64,000 nucleotides of DNA from the NCBI GenBank assembly GCA_025786725.1, contig JAHLTZ010000016.1, forward strand, positions 477,154 to 541,153. Direction: 5' to 3'. A program made the translations under genes and the position numbers. The notes beneath the pieces were generated by a model. The model had not been told where the DNA came from, searched no databases, and saw only the letters and a program-made list of their open reading frames with translations. Positions 54,277 to 64,000 of this stretch are shown one piece after another; positions within the stretch are counted from its first letter, which is position 1, and every line of letters starts with the position of its first letter. The stretch comes from Syncephalis fuscata S228 (Eukaryota > Fungi > Zoopagomycota).

Positions 54277-57200
54277 TCATTGACTTCCAGATGTAGCCGT
54301 CATAATCGGCGCATAATATCGCTTTATGCGATTACCGGAAATTGTGCTTCGCATCCGCGTACCATCAAGCTCAGTCAACTCATATACTCCCTTGTTGGGT
54401 CTACCAACCACTATATATGGTCCCATCCATCTTGGAGTAAGTTTAGCATCCGTCTTACGTATGGGTCTATTATCTCGAAGTAATACCATCTCTCCTATCT
54501 TAACAGGTCCCTTCCTAACATTCTGCTTCTTGTCGTAATACATCTTATTATTCATCCTAGACTTATCTAACTTCACTCCTGCTTCCTCCCTATCCCATGC
54601 GGTTGATAATAATTGTCTAGCCCGCATACTTAATAATTCCTCAGTCGTCATTTCTTTCTTCCACTGTAAGGTAAGCCAAGTTTCTTCATCTATGTCAAAC
54701 GGCAACACACAATCTTGTCCGTATACCAGCTGATATGGGCTCCGCTGAGTTGTACGCTTAGTGGTAATTCTGTCGGCCCACAACACAGCGTGCAAATACT
54801 TAGGCCAGTTTGCGTAATCTTCTCCTACTATTTTTACCAGTCCACCCATTAGTTCCTGATGTCCTCGTTCAATCATTCCATTTGCTTGGGGGTGATAGGC
54901 TGTTGTGAAGTTAATGCGAATTCCGTCCTTAACAGCTACATGACGTATCAACAGTCCATAAAGTTCACCTCGATCTGCTACTACCTCACTAGGTATACCG
55001 AACCGACATATAACATCTTCATATAAAAATTTGTATGCTTCTACCGCGTTATTTTTACACAGCGCTCTGGCTTCTACCCATCCACTGAAGTCGTCCCTGG
55101 CCACTGCTAAATATATTTCACCCGTCGTGGCTTCTGGAAGTCTAACTAAATCGAATCCAATGCGTTTGAACAATGTAGACCCAATAAACGGTTTTAGCTC
55201 TTCTACTTGTCCTTTCCTTTGCGTACGCTGACATATGTCACATCTTTTCACCACTTCTTTGCAAGTGTTGTACATCCCGTACCAATAAAATCGATCACTG
55301 CACAACCTATATGTTGCTTCTACTCCTCTATGGGCAAATGGATGTCCATCGTGCACCATCGTTGTCACACGCAATTGTTCTTCTTCTTCATCTATGACTC
55401 GCTTAGGCATTCCTGTCTTCGCTCGCCGAAATAATAATCCATCGCTAATAAAAAACTTCTTCAACTGAGTTCTAATCCTCTTCTTGTTGCTATCATTACA
55501 GTCGTTGTGCATGCAACCATGCTCGAGAAAATACAATAAATAATAATAGGGCGACCTAGCTGTCATTTTATCAGTATTAACTTGTTTGACACTAGTCACT
55601 CCAAATAATTCATCACCGCTGACGTCCTCGATGTGATAGTTCCATAACACCTTGTCATCTTCATCATCTTCATCTGTCAACATTTCTTGTCCCATGTCAA
55701 CACGACTAAGCGCATCAGCTACTACGTTCTTATCACCCGGAATATGACGTATTTCATAATCAAATAACGAAAGGTAAGCTACCCATCGACTTGCTGCATC
55801 ATTAGGTAAATCAGGCTTTCTCAGCATACCGATGACAGGTCTAGCGTCTGTCTCAATGATAAATTTCACACCATGCACATATTTCCTCATTTTCTTCACC
55901 ATCTGATATAAACCGAATAATTCTCGTTTGACTTGTGCATATTGTCTCTGCGCACTGTTAAATAAACAACTGTCATACCGCACAGCATACTTCACTCCTT
56001 CTTCATCGCATTGTCCCAACACAGCGCCAGCACCAACAGGACTAGCATCTACTGTTAAGATAAGTGGTCGATTGTCGTCACCATACACCGGCGGTCGTAT
56101 GACTGGTCTTTCACTAATACTTCGTTTTAGCGCATCGAATGCTCGTTGTTGTTCACCTTTCCAGTGAAATACTACTTTCTTCTTCTGTAGATAATACAAT
56201 GGCTCGGCGATCGTAGAGAAGTGAGGAATAAGCACTCGGTAGAATGCACAACAGGCCACAAATGCTCGTACTTGCTTCTTATCGACTGGTGTTGGCCATT
56301 GCGTAATCTTAACCGTCTTATCCGGAGTTACAGTTCTTCCTAGTTGGGTACACTGGTAACCTAACACTTCCACCTCATCCATACCAAATCTGCATTTCTT
56401 TCCACTGACTGTTATTCCCGCCTTACTCAAAGCCTTTAACACTTTTACTACGTCAGCTACATGATCAAACACAAACGCTCTCACTCCTGGCAATACAATA
56501 CTTTCATTCTTCTCCACCGATCCTTTAACTATCCCGTCGTCCACGAATATGCCTACTGTATGCGGCATATACTCACTCAGTATCTTATTTACGATCCGCT
56601 GAAACACTCCGACACTATTACACCAACCCATCGGTAACCGTGTCATCCTCACCAGTCCAATCGGCGTCATCAATGAGAATATATCACGATCACGATTGTC
56701 GACAGGGATTTGATCGTAACCGGAATATAGATCAAACGTAGATATAATAGATCTACCTGACACGTCTTCAGTAAGTTCTTCTGACAGCGGCGGTGCATTG
56801 GCATTCTTGATACTAACAGAATTGGCTTGTTGTAGGTCTTGTATGAATCGTAACTTAGATCCATCTTTCTTAGCAATCACAAACCAGCGATTACTATAAG
56901 CACCAGTACTTGGCTCAATAATTCCGCTATTCATCTTTTCCCGCAATAACTCTACTACTCTACTGAATGTTGCTCTTGGTATCGGGATCGAAGCTTGCGT
57001 CCATGGCACATGCGGTACAGTTGGTATTCTTACAGGTGGTTCTATTTCCGCCTTAAGCTTACCCATCTCTTCGTCGTTGAATGCAAAAACTTCGTCTACA
57101 GAGCGTAATTGCTCAATGAAGTACGCGGTCTCTTCTTCTGTTAATTGACCGTTTCCAATAATCATGTCCGCTATACGCTCGCCAGTCAATCTTGACTTGC

Positions 57201-58251
57201 TGCTCTCAGCTCGTTCTTCGTCTTCAGCTTCTTCTCCGTTTGGTACTGCCACGGCGATTGGTAACTTCTTCTTTCCGACCGGCTTGTATTTAGCGGCATA
57301 AACGGACGCAGTATTACCTGTTGTTACTGATTCACGCATGGTAATCGTACCTAACACTATTTCGTCCTCACTCTCTTCTTCTCGTAGCACCGTAACACTG
57401 TTCACATTCTTACGTTGGTCTTGCTGGCCTCTACCACTGGCTGATACCATTGTAGGAGCCGCAGGGAACTTAGCCGCGCTTCGGCCATCAGTTATGTGTA
57501 CCCACGCTCTTCCGTCTTCTCGTTTGACCTCCCATAACGCTTCTTCTAACCAAGGCATTCCAACCAACGCATCGAACGGTGCTCCATCTACAACTATTAG
57601 ATGTGCGTTTATCGTTACTCCTCCAATGGTCACTGGTACGTTGATACACATGCCTCTAGACTTAGACGCTGTACCAGAAGCATTACCCATCGACCATGCT
57701 CGCGCCGCATCCAATGGTAGACTACCAATCTGGTCATATAACTTGCCAGATATTACACTTATTTCAGCACCAGGATCGATTTGGATTTCTACCGGCTCTC
57801 CTGCCACTCGTCCCGTCACTTTAGCTGTTGGCCTAGCTACTATAGTGCCGTCTATCGTTGACAATCCGTCTACATACACCACGGCTTGTTGTACCATTGT
57901 ATCGATAGGCACCTTCTTACGACTGACCAACTCAGCCATCTTCTTTCTGGCAACAGACGATGTTGACAGGTAATCTTGTAGCGGCATCGTCACCTGCGCG
58001 CTACGTAGCAGCTTATCGACAGTGCCATCCACATCGGCTCCTTCCTCGATGACAGATCGGTATTGATGCGTGGCTGGTGGCCGCGCCTGCCTTTCCGTCA
58101 TACTACCAGCTTCACGGGTTTCTACTGGCACCGCTTCCGACGCTTGACGAGTGCCTACACGTGCCGTTTCATATTGACCTCGGCTATATGTTCTACATCC
58201 TCTACTACGATTTCTGGCTCTATAGTCGTTAACTGAACATCGCTTTCCCAA
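54277..58251 (-). CDS. Gypsy pol polyprotein (aspartic protease, RT, RNase H, integrase with GPY/F motif); true 5' start uncertain
   Basis: IDPGAEISVI (PR), DLYSGYDQ/RLPMGW/FVDD (RT), VDAS..ELFG..ETD (RH), HDGHPFAH..CDIC plus the DDE core and WMGPY (IN). Confidence 0.95.
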   Translation of the reverse strand: MGKRCSVNDYRARNRSRGCRTYSRGQYETARVGTRQASEAVPVETREAGSMTERQARPPATHQYRSVIEEGADVDGTVDKLLRSAQVTMPLQDYLSTSSVARKKMAELVSRKKVPIDTMVQQAVVYVDGLSTIDGTIVARPTAKVTGRVAGEPVEIQIDPGAEISVISGKLYDQIGSLPLDAARAWSMGNASGTASKSRGMCINVPVTIGGVTINAHLIVVDGAPFDALVGMPWLEEALWEVKREDGRAWVHITDGRSAAKFPAAPTMVSASGRGQQDQRKNVNSVTVLREEESEDEIVLGTITMRESVTTGNTASVYAAKYKPVGKKKLPIAVAVPNGEEAEDEERAESSKSRLTGERIADMIIGNGQLTEEETAYFIEQLRSVDEVFAFNDEEMGKLKAEIEPPVRIPTVPHVPWTQASIPIPRATFSRVVELLREKMNSGIIEPSTGAYSNRWFVIAKKDGSKLRFIQDLQQANSVSIKNANAPPLSEELTEDVSGRSIISTFDLYSGYDQIPVDNRDRDIFSLMTPIGLVRMTRLPMGWCNSVGVFQRIVNKILSEYMPHTVGIFVDDGIVKGSVEKNESIVLPGVRAFVFDHVADVVKVLKALSKAGITVSGKKCRFGMDEVEVLGYQCTQLGRTVTPDKTVKITQWPTPVDKKQVRAFVACCAFYRVLIPHFSTIAEPLYYLQKKKVVFHWKGEQQRAFDALKRSISERPVIRPPVYGDDNRPLILTVDASPVGAGAVLGQCDEEGVKYAVRYDSCLFNSAQRQYAQVKRELFGLYQMVKKMRKYVHGVKFIIETDARPVIGMLRKPDLPNDAASRWVAYLSLFDYEIRHIPGDKNVVADALSRVDMGQEMLTDEDDEDDKVLWNYHIEDVSGDELFGVTSVKQVNTDKMTARSPYYYLLYFLEHGCMHNDCNDSNKKRIRTQLKKFFISDGLLFRRAKTGMPKRVIDEEEEQLRVTTMVHDGHPFAHRGVEATYRLCSDRFYWYGMYNTCKEVVKRCDICQRTQRKGQVEELKPFIGSTLFKRIGFDLVRLPEATTGEIYLAVARDDFSGWVEARALCKNNAVEAYKFLYEDVICRFGIPSEVVADRGELYGLLIRHVAVKDGIRINFTTAYHPQANGMIERGHQELMGGLVKIVGEDYANWPKYLHAVLWADRITTKRTTQRSPYQLVYGQDCVLPFDIDEETWLTLQWKKEMTTEELLSMRARQLLSTAWDREEAGVKLDKSRMNNKMYYDKKQNVRKGPVKIGEMVLLRDNRPIRKTDAKLTPRWMGPYIVVGRPNKGVYELTELDGTRMRSTISGNRIKRYYAPIMTATSGSQ

Positions 58252-59316
58252 GTAAGGTCGTACTTGATCGGTTGCTCGGCAGTATCATTCGTACGTTAGC
58301 CGTATCGACCAGTAATTTGCGCATGCCGCCTCGACCAGCATTCAACGGAACAAGCGAACCATTAGGGTATGTGACTTTACCAGCGTCCAATGTACCAATT
58401 TGTTTCGTAAATCAGCAGTCAATAGTCCGCATTGACTTTTAACATGATCTGGCGAATCGCAATATAAGCACAGCAAATTCCTTCTGTCTCGCCCGTCCAT
58501 TCGTCCTCTGTTGTCTTGCTGTTTTTCGACTAGCAACACCAGTTGTCGGAACTGTTCTGATAATCGTCTACCTTTCGTTCTATGGTGATATGATCTTGAT
58601 TCTTCTTTCCAGATTCATCTGCTTTCTTGTTAATCCTCTCTTTGACTTTCTTCTCCTTCTTGATGATGGCGGCTTCTTCATCTGATTCGTTCTCATCCCT
58701 GTCAAGGTCACTGTCTCATCCGAATCTGTTATACCAAGGGCGATGTGCAACGCCTTGTCGTCTTCACAACGTTCACCAGCGCGTCGCATAGTTGTTGATA
58801 TGTATAGTTGTCTCGCGGCATCTTGGTAAGCACATTCTTAATGAGTCTTATCTATAATCTTGCACAATCTTCGGATTTTTTCACGCTCTGGCATGTCAAT
58901 TACACATTTGCACAATAGATTATATTGATTTAGGAATGATACGGGCTGCGCATAATTGAAACCGCTTTTAAGCAGCGCGGATACTCGCTCTTCCGGTGAC
59001 TTCTTAGTGGGCTTCCTACCATACGCCATCAACAGTTCTTTCTTCAACGCTTGCCAATCTCCACTCATTCCTTCTGGACTGACGTTACGATGTGCGCAAC
59101 ATCTCCTCTGGTGTAGTTGAGTAAACACCGGATGGTTTCTTCATCTGACCACTCCATATATCTCGCATATTTATCATATTGCGATAGGAATTCCTCGATA
59201 CATCCTCCATTATAACGCTTGGGCGGCTTCACGGGGTAGGCGTGCACTCTAGAGCCCCCCGCATTGGGCTCCAGTTGTGGTAGTTGTTCGTCTCCACGAT
59301 TTATTGGGAGGCTCAT
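58252..59316 (-). CDS. Gypsy gag, broken by several frameshifts in this sequence
   Basis: Fragments KRYNGGCIEEFLSQYDKY..., GDWQALKKELLMAY and the zinc knuckle CLYCDSPDHVKSQC. Confidence 0.75.
59257..59273 (-). other. Primer-binding site, probably for tRNA-Lys
   Basis: TGGAGCCCAATGCGGGG lies 2 nt inside the 5' LTR. Its complement CCCCGCATTGGGCT-CCA resembles eukaryotic tRNA-Lys(CUU) 3' ends. Confidence 0.65.
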
Positions 59317-59616
59317 CCTGAAAAGGATTTAAGTGTACGCTTAAAGTGAGAACTAAGATAGTAATTAACACGACACCTCAACTCTGAGATGTATACGATC
59401 ACACGAATAGACTCGACAAGTACTCGGACTTGCTTTAAAATAAACGACTAAATATAACTTAAACGTGAACTGCTCCTGTTCTTTTTTATTTAATTATACG
59501 CGCACTATTCATCTTATTTATATTAAAAGCGCGCCATGCTTAGAGTGGCAAAGCCGAGCTATGTGTTCATCAGCTAAAATTAGTAAAATTGGCACCAGCA
59601 CATTTCCTTTACCACA
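59276..59616 (-). repeat. 5' LTR (341 bp)
   Basis: Differs from the 3' LTR only by 3 nt of T-run indels. Confidence 0.97.
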
Positions 59617-59964
59617 ATACTACATCCAACATTAATTAATTCATGTATAATTATCAATACAATAATGTAATTAATTAGTTATCTTTATTATTGCGTTGAT
59701 ACATATACATTGTCATTATGATATTAATTGTTTAAAATGTCATTTATTTAGTCAGATTGACTATAGGGAAAGTGGCTGTTTAATAAACGATTTTTATAAT
59801 AATTATAGCAATCTTGATCTTACAGCACAAATATGCCCAAAATACAATAGTAGAATATCAGAAAATAGAAGAGACCATTTAGATGCAACAATCCATGTTG
59901 TACATAGATGCAATAGCAACAAATGCGAAATGACATGAAATCACAATCATATGGCTTTTATTAA

Positions 59965-60068
59965 TATTCAATCAATCTTTCTACACATGGCCAACAACAA
60001 CAACAACGATCAGCCTCAGATGTTCCAAATAGATCAAATAGTACATCATATTATTTATTTAAATCAAT
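59965..60068 (+). repeat. Dispersed ~105-bp repeat, copy 2 (copy 1 at 29393-29497)
   Basis: Shares the sequence described for copy 1. Confidence 0.85.
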
Positions 60069-60367
60069 TTATTAACAGCATTTTAATAAAAAGTAATATA
60101 ATTATGTTGTGCATAACCGCACGACTTCAATTGGAACGAATTTTATTTTGTGACTCAAAATGTGGAAGCAGTAAAATTCAATCTAACTGCGCAAGTACCA
60201 AATTAATCAATAGATTTTTTATAAACATTTTGATGACTCGTGATTTTGTGTCAGTTGATGTGAAGATTCTTGGCGTCAGCTCGGCAACTACATATTTGTC
60301 TGCAACACACCTCTTTCGAAACAGCTTTTTTACACCAACTATCTATACATTCTGCATTTTGTTTACA

Positions 60368-60806
60368 ATGATGATACTTAATTCAGTATATGGAGCCATG
60401 GGTGGTGCGGCCGGCGCAACCATAGGCTATATAACAGGTTCGGAAAAAGGCGCTGTTTTGGTAGGTGCACATTTATGTTACATGCATTGCTTTGGCTAAC
60501 CAACACTTTAACAATATTATTACCATTTCTATTACTAGGGCGCTGCCATGGGAACAGCTTTGGGCGTCACCCGTGCAGCAACAGGTAGGTCGATAGCTAT
60601 GATAATACCCAACTACTGGCGCTAATTGTATCTGTTACATTCCAGTGGCATTGCCCGTTGCATCCATGCCTAGTATACTCGTGGCCACCACAGTAATCAA
60701 CATGGCTATTATCGCGGCCAAGCATCATCAAGAAAAGAAAGCAGCCAAGGCAGAAGAGCAAGCAAATGAGGATGCAACTGTCGATGAAGCACCCAAGAAT
60801 TTATAG
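60368..60806 (+). CDS. J-domain-less paralog of the neighbouring DnaJ genes (glycine-zipper small membrane protein), 3 exons
   Basis: GAMGGAAGATIGYITGSEKGAVL|GAAMGTALGVTRAAT|V. It has the same intron positions and 46-nt middle exon as paralogs A and B. Confidence 0.7.
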
Positions 60807-61148
60807 CTAGCTTAGTGTGCCACCTATTATTATGTTAATATCGCTATTGTTATAATTTACTATGTGCGATTGCGCACATATGCTTTGAATTAAAATTTAT
60901 TCGCAAAACTACCTATGTTTACAACCAGGTGTTGGTGTACTTACACAGCCTGTGTTCATGTGATAATGATACTGATGGAACATTGCTACTGTGTGTGTGT
61001 GTGAATTGCCACTTTACTCAGGCGTCATAACCTTGCCAATCCACTCCTTTATTATAACACACCATTGAACATTAAAAATAATAGCAATAGTACAACGCCA
61101 AGACTTTTACTATCTCTTTCGTATTGTTGCTCAGATACAGATTCTATT

Positions 61149-61840
61149 ATGGCCTCTACTACCAGCAGTAGCTTTTCCTACGTATTCCCAAACTACTACG
61201 CTATTTTGAACGTGGACGAGGAGGCCACGCAAAATGAAATTCAAACTGCTTATCAACAACAAGCAATTCTATATCACCCGGATAACCGCAACTCAATAGC
61301 ATCCAGCGAGGATGAGCGCCAACAACGGTTTCAACAACTAGCTGATGCTTACTATATATTACGGAACGAAGAACGTCGATGTGCGTATGATAAAGCTCGA
61401 AAACGTGGCGAACATTCGAGCCGCTGGCAAAATGCCCATACTGATCCAGAAGAGGCGTTTGCTAATGCTTATGACGAGCTGATGCGTCCAGCGGTTGAAC
61501 GGCCAGGCTTTATTTGGCGTGTTTTGGGCGGTGGCTCCGGTGCAGCTCTTGGATTTATTATTGCCAATACTCCTGGCGCACTTGTTGTAAGTAAATAACA
61601 CAAAGACAATGGCTAATCTAACTAGATGTTATTAATTAGGGAGTAGCACTTGGCTCGCAACTCGGCAGAGTCCGTGACATGAAAAGTATGTAACCTGAGC
61701 AGCATGCTGCTACACAGTCTGTCAAATAGCTAACACGTTGATTTATAGAAAAGTCGGTTTATTCTGTATTTAAAGAGCTGGATGACCATCATCGCCAAGC
61801 TATTATCGACAGTGTACTAAACAAACTCCAGCTCATTTGA
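61149..61840 (+). CDS. DnaJ-domain protein with a C-terminal glycine-zipper/TM region, paralog B; 3 exons
   Basis: NYYAILNV..YHPD..FQQLADAYYILRN..YD, then WRVLGGGSGAALGFIIANTPGA..QLGRVRD. Confidence 0.9.
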
Positions 61841-62185
61841 AGAAAAAAGGATGGCTTCCTTAACATGAACCAGCATGATGGGTGTGCTTTACATTTGTTA
61901 AATATACAGTATTAGTTTACAGAGTAGCCATAAATTATATACATGCTTTGTTAACGCTATGTTGTTGCTTATTATATAACCAAACGAGTAAAAATGTTAG
62001 TGAATTTGCTAAACAAATAACTTAGTTTATATTACTTGTAAATCTACAATAAACTTACTAGCTATTATAAGCTAAAAGGAAGACGTCACACAGCTGCGTT
62101 CTTTCTTTCTCTTTCCTTTAACTCAGTTACACTTTCAACTGCACCAGCACTATAATTACTAACAGCAATAGCAAACACAATTGCC

Positions 62186-64000
62186 ATGGATCTTGTTAAA
62201 GTGGTTCCAAACTTACATTGACAAGATGATGGAGCAGACATCTGGCATGAAGATATTCTTACTAGACGCGGAAACAGTAGGAGCATACTACATAGATAAG
62301 AAATGACGTTGACATAGTAGCGATGTTCTTGTTAGACACCTATTGTTTCGGTTGTTACGACTCAGTCGACTCTGTTGGAAAAGGAGGCTTACTTGGTCGA
62401 TAAGATCGATAACCGACAACGAGACAAAATGAAGCATCTAAAGTGTATCTTTTTGTACGGCCTACACCTGACTCTATTCAGGCACTAGTGGATGAATTAC
62501 GTGATCCGCGCTATGGCGATTACTACCTGTGTATGTAATATGCCAATAGTATTTGTCAAAGCAATTAATCAGTATGTGCAACTAGTCTTCACTAATGTAA
62601 TTAAGAAATCAATGATTGAAAGATTGGCCGAAGTAGACCAGCATGAAGTGGTGCGGGAGGTACAGGTAAATTGGTTATAAGGCGTGTTAATTAGATTGGC
62701 TATTGACACACACTAAAGGAGTACTTTGCCGACTATGTGGCCATCAACCCGGATCTATTTTCACTTAATATGGTATCGCCTCGGTGTCCCATTTATGGTG
62801 AATCGGTTCATGACTGGGATAGCCGTGCATTGCAGCGTACTACAGAAGGCTTGATGAGTGTATTTCTATCACTTAAACAGCGGCCACTTATTCGATATGA
62901 ACGTATGAGCAACATGGCAAAGAAGCTAGGAGAAGAGCTAAACGTAAGCATCGACACATCTACCTTATAGTTTTTATTTGTATTGACGAGTATTTAGTAT
63001 GCTATCCACCAAGAACACCAGCTATTTGATCTATCACCGGTAGATACACCGCCACTACTATTGATTCTAGATCGACGCAACGATCCAGTCACGCCATTAT
63101 TGCTGCAATGGACCTACCAAGCAATGGTTCATGAAGTGCTTGGTATTAATAATGGACGAGTAGATATGTCGAATGTGCCGGATATTGCACCCGACTTGAA
63201 GGTAAGCTTGCGTATTTAGTATAATAACAATGGTTTTGACAGTTGTTTATTAACAATAATAGGAAATTGTACTGTCGGTAGAATCAGATCCATTCTTCCG
63301 TAAATCGATGTTTATGAACTGGGGAGATTTAGGCGCAAAGATTAAAGAATACGCAGATGAATATCAACGACAGCACAAATCTAATATGAAGATTGAATCG
63401 GTGCAGGATATGAAACGGTTTGTAGAGGAATATCCGGAGTTTAGAAAGCTATCAGGCAACGTGAGCAAGCATGTTACACTTGTAGGCGAGTTATATAGAC
63501 TTCAAACGCACTATAAATTGCTTGAAGTGAGCGAGTTGGAACAAAATCTAGCGTGTAATGAATCACATGCTTCGGATCTACGGGTAGGATTGCAAGATGA
63601 TAATAAAATATAATAAACTAATAACAACATTTTAGGCGCTGGAAGGTATGATTACTGACCCAAAGATTAGAGATGAGAACAAAATACGTTTGACGATTCT
63701 TTACGCTTTGCGCTACGAGAAATCCAACAACAACGCCACTCGACATTTGGTGGAGATGTTGATACAACAAGGCGTGAGTGAACGAAAAGTTGTTGTAAGT
63801 ATAAGATGACATATAGTGCTATAAGTATTAATCATGGATAAATAGCTATTGGAATCTATTCTAGCATTTACTGGAGCGGATCAGCGACAAGGAGATTTGT
63901 TTCAAAATCAGGATATATTTGCTCGTAGTCGTAATGTATTTAAAGGTTTAAAGGTATGGAACAATAATTAAATAACTACCAATTAGCTTAATCAATTAAA
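62186..64000 (+). CDS. VPS45: Sec1/Munc18-family vacuolar sorting protein Vps45; 3'-truncated by the window edge; two apparent 1-nt indels
   Basis: [74 protein letters not shown] and [14 protein letters not shown]. Confidence 0.95.

Larger units (their letters stand above)
53907..59616 (-). mobile_element. Full-length Ty3/Gypsy LTR retrotransposon with 4-bp target-site duplication ATAC
   Basis: Two near-identical LTRs with TGTGGTA...TACCACA ends, ATAC at 53903-53906 and 59617-59620, gag with a CCHC knuckle, and pol in PR-RT-RH-IN order. Confidence 0.97.

Noticed and set aside
57338-57973. 211-aa plus-strand ORF inside the retrotransposon
   Set aside because: Antisense to the pol protease region with no independent motif.
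58240-58350. Programmed gag-pol frameshift
   Set aside because: It cannot be distinguished from the many probable sequencing indels in gag.
59951-60499. 182-aa ORF as annotated in the track
   Set aside because: The 5' part runs through a dispersed non-coding repeat. The plausible gene starts at 60368 and is spliced.

Overview
AT-rich eukaryotic DNA with many short (about 50-100 nt) spliceosomal introns, from an early-diverging fungus. The gene content and a 7TM family suggest a Zoopagomycota mycoparasite such as Syncephalis, but that is an inference. Left to right the window holds: an F-box/WD40 gene; four tandem S8 subtilisins with C-terminal GPI/TM-like tails; a 5S rRNA gene followed 8 nt later by tRNA-Asp(GTC), inside a ~2.6 kb degenerate inverted repeat between subtilisins 3 and 4; metacaspase; an Ecl1-like gene; LSM12 with an AT-AC U12-type intron; a pair of Helitron-like remnants; a Rua1/DUF4451 regulator; a decayed MULE-type DNA-binding domain; COPI-associated, DUF1764 and Yippee genes; two small secreted Kex2-type peptides; HSP104; an MFS sugar porter; a TMEM254-like gene; an NDP-glucose 4,6-dehydratase; cytochrome c; RPS7; three DnaJ/glycine-zipper paralogs; a 7TM pseudogene; a recent full-length Ty3/Gypsy element; and the 5' part of VPS45. 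Several conserved genes carry single-base indels, so the assembly probably has residual errors. The most notable items are the 5S-tRNA dicistronic Pol III unit in a foldback structure, the U12 intron and the anchored subtilisin array. All alignments and translations were done by eye.
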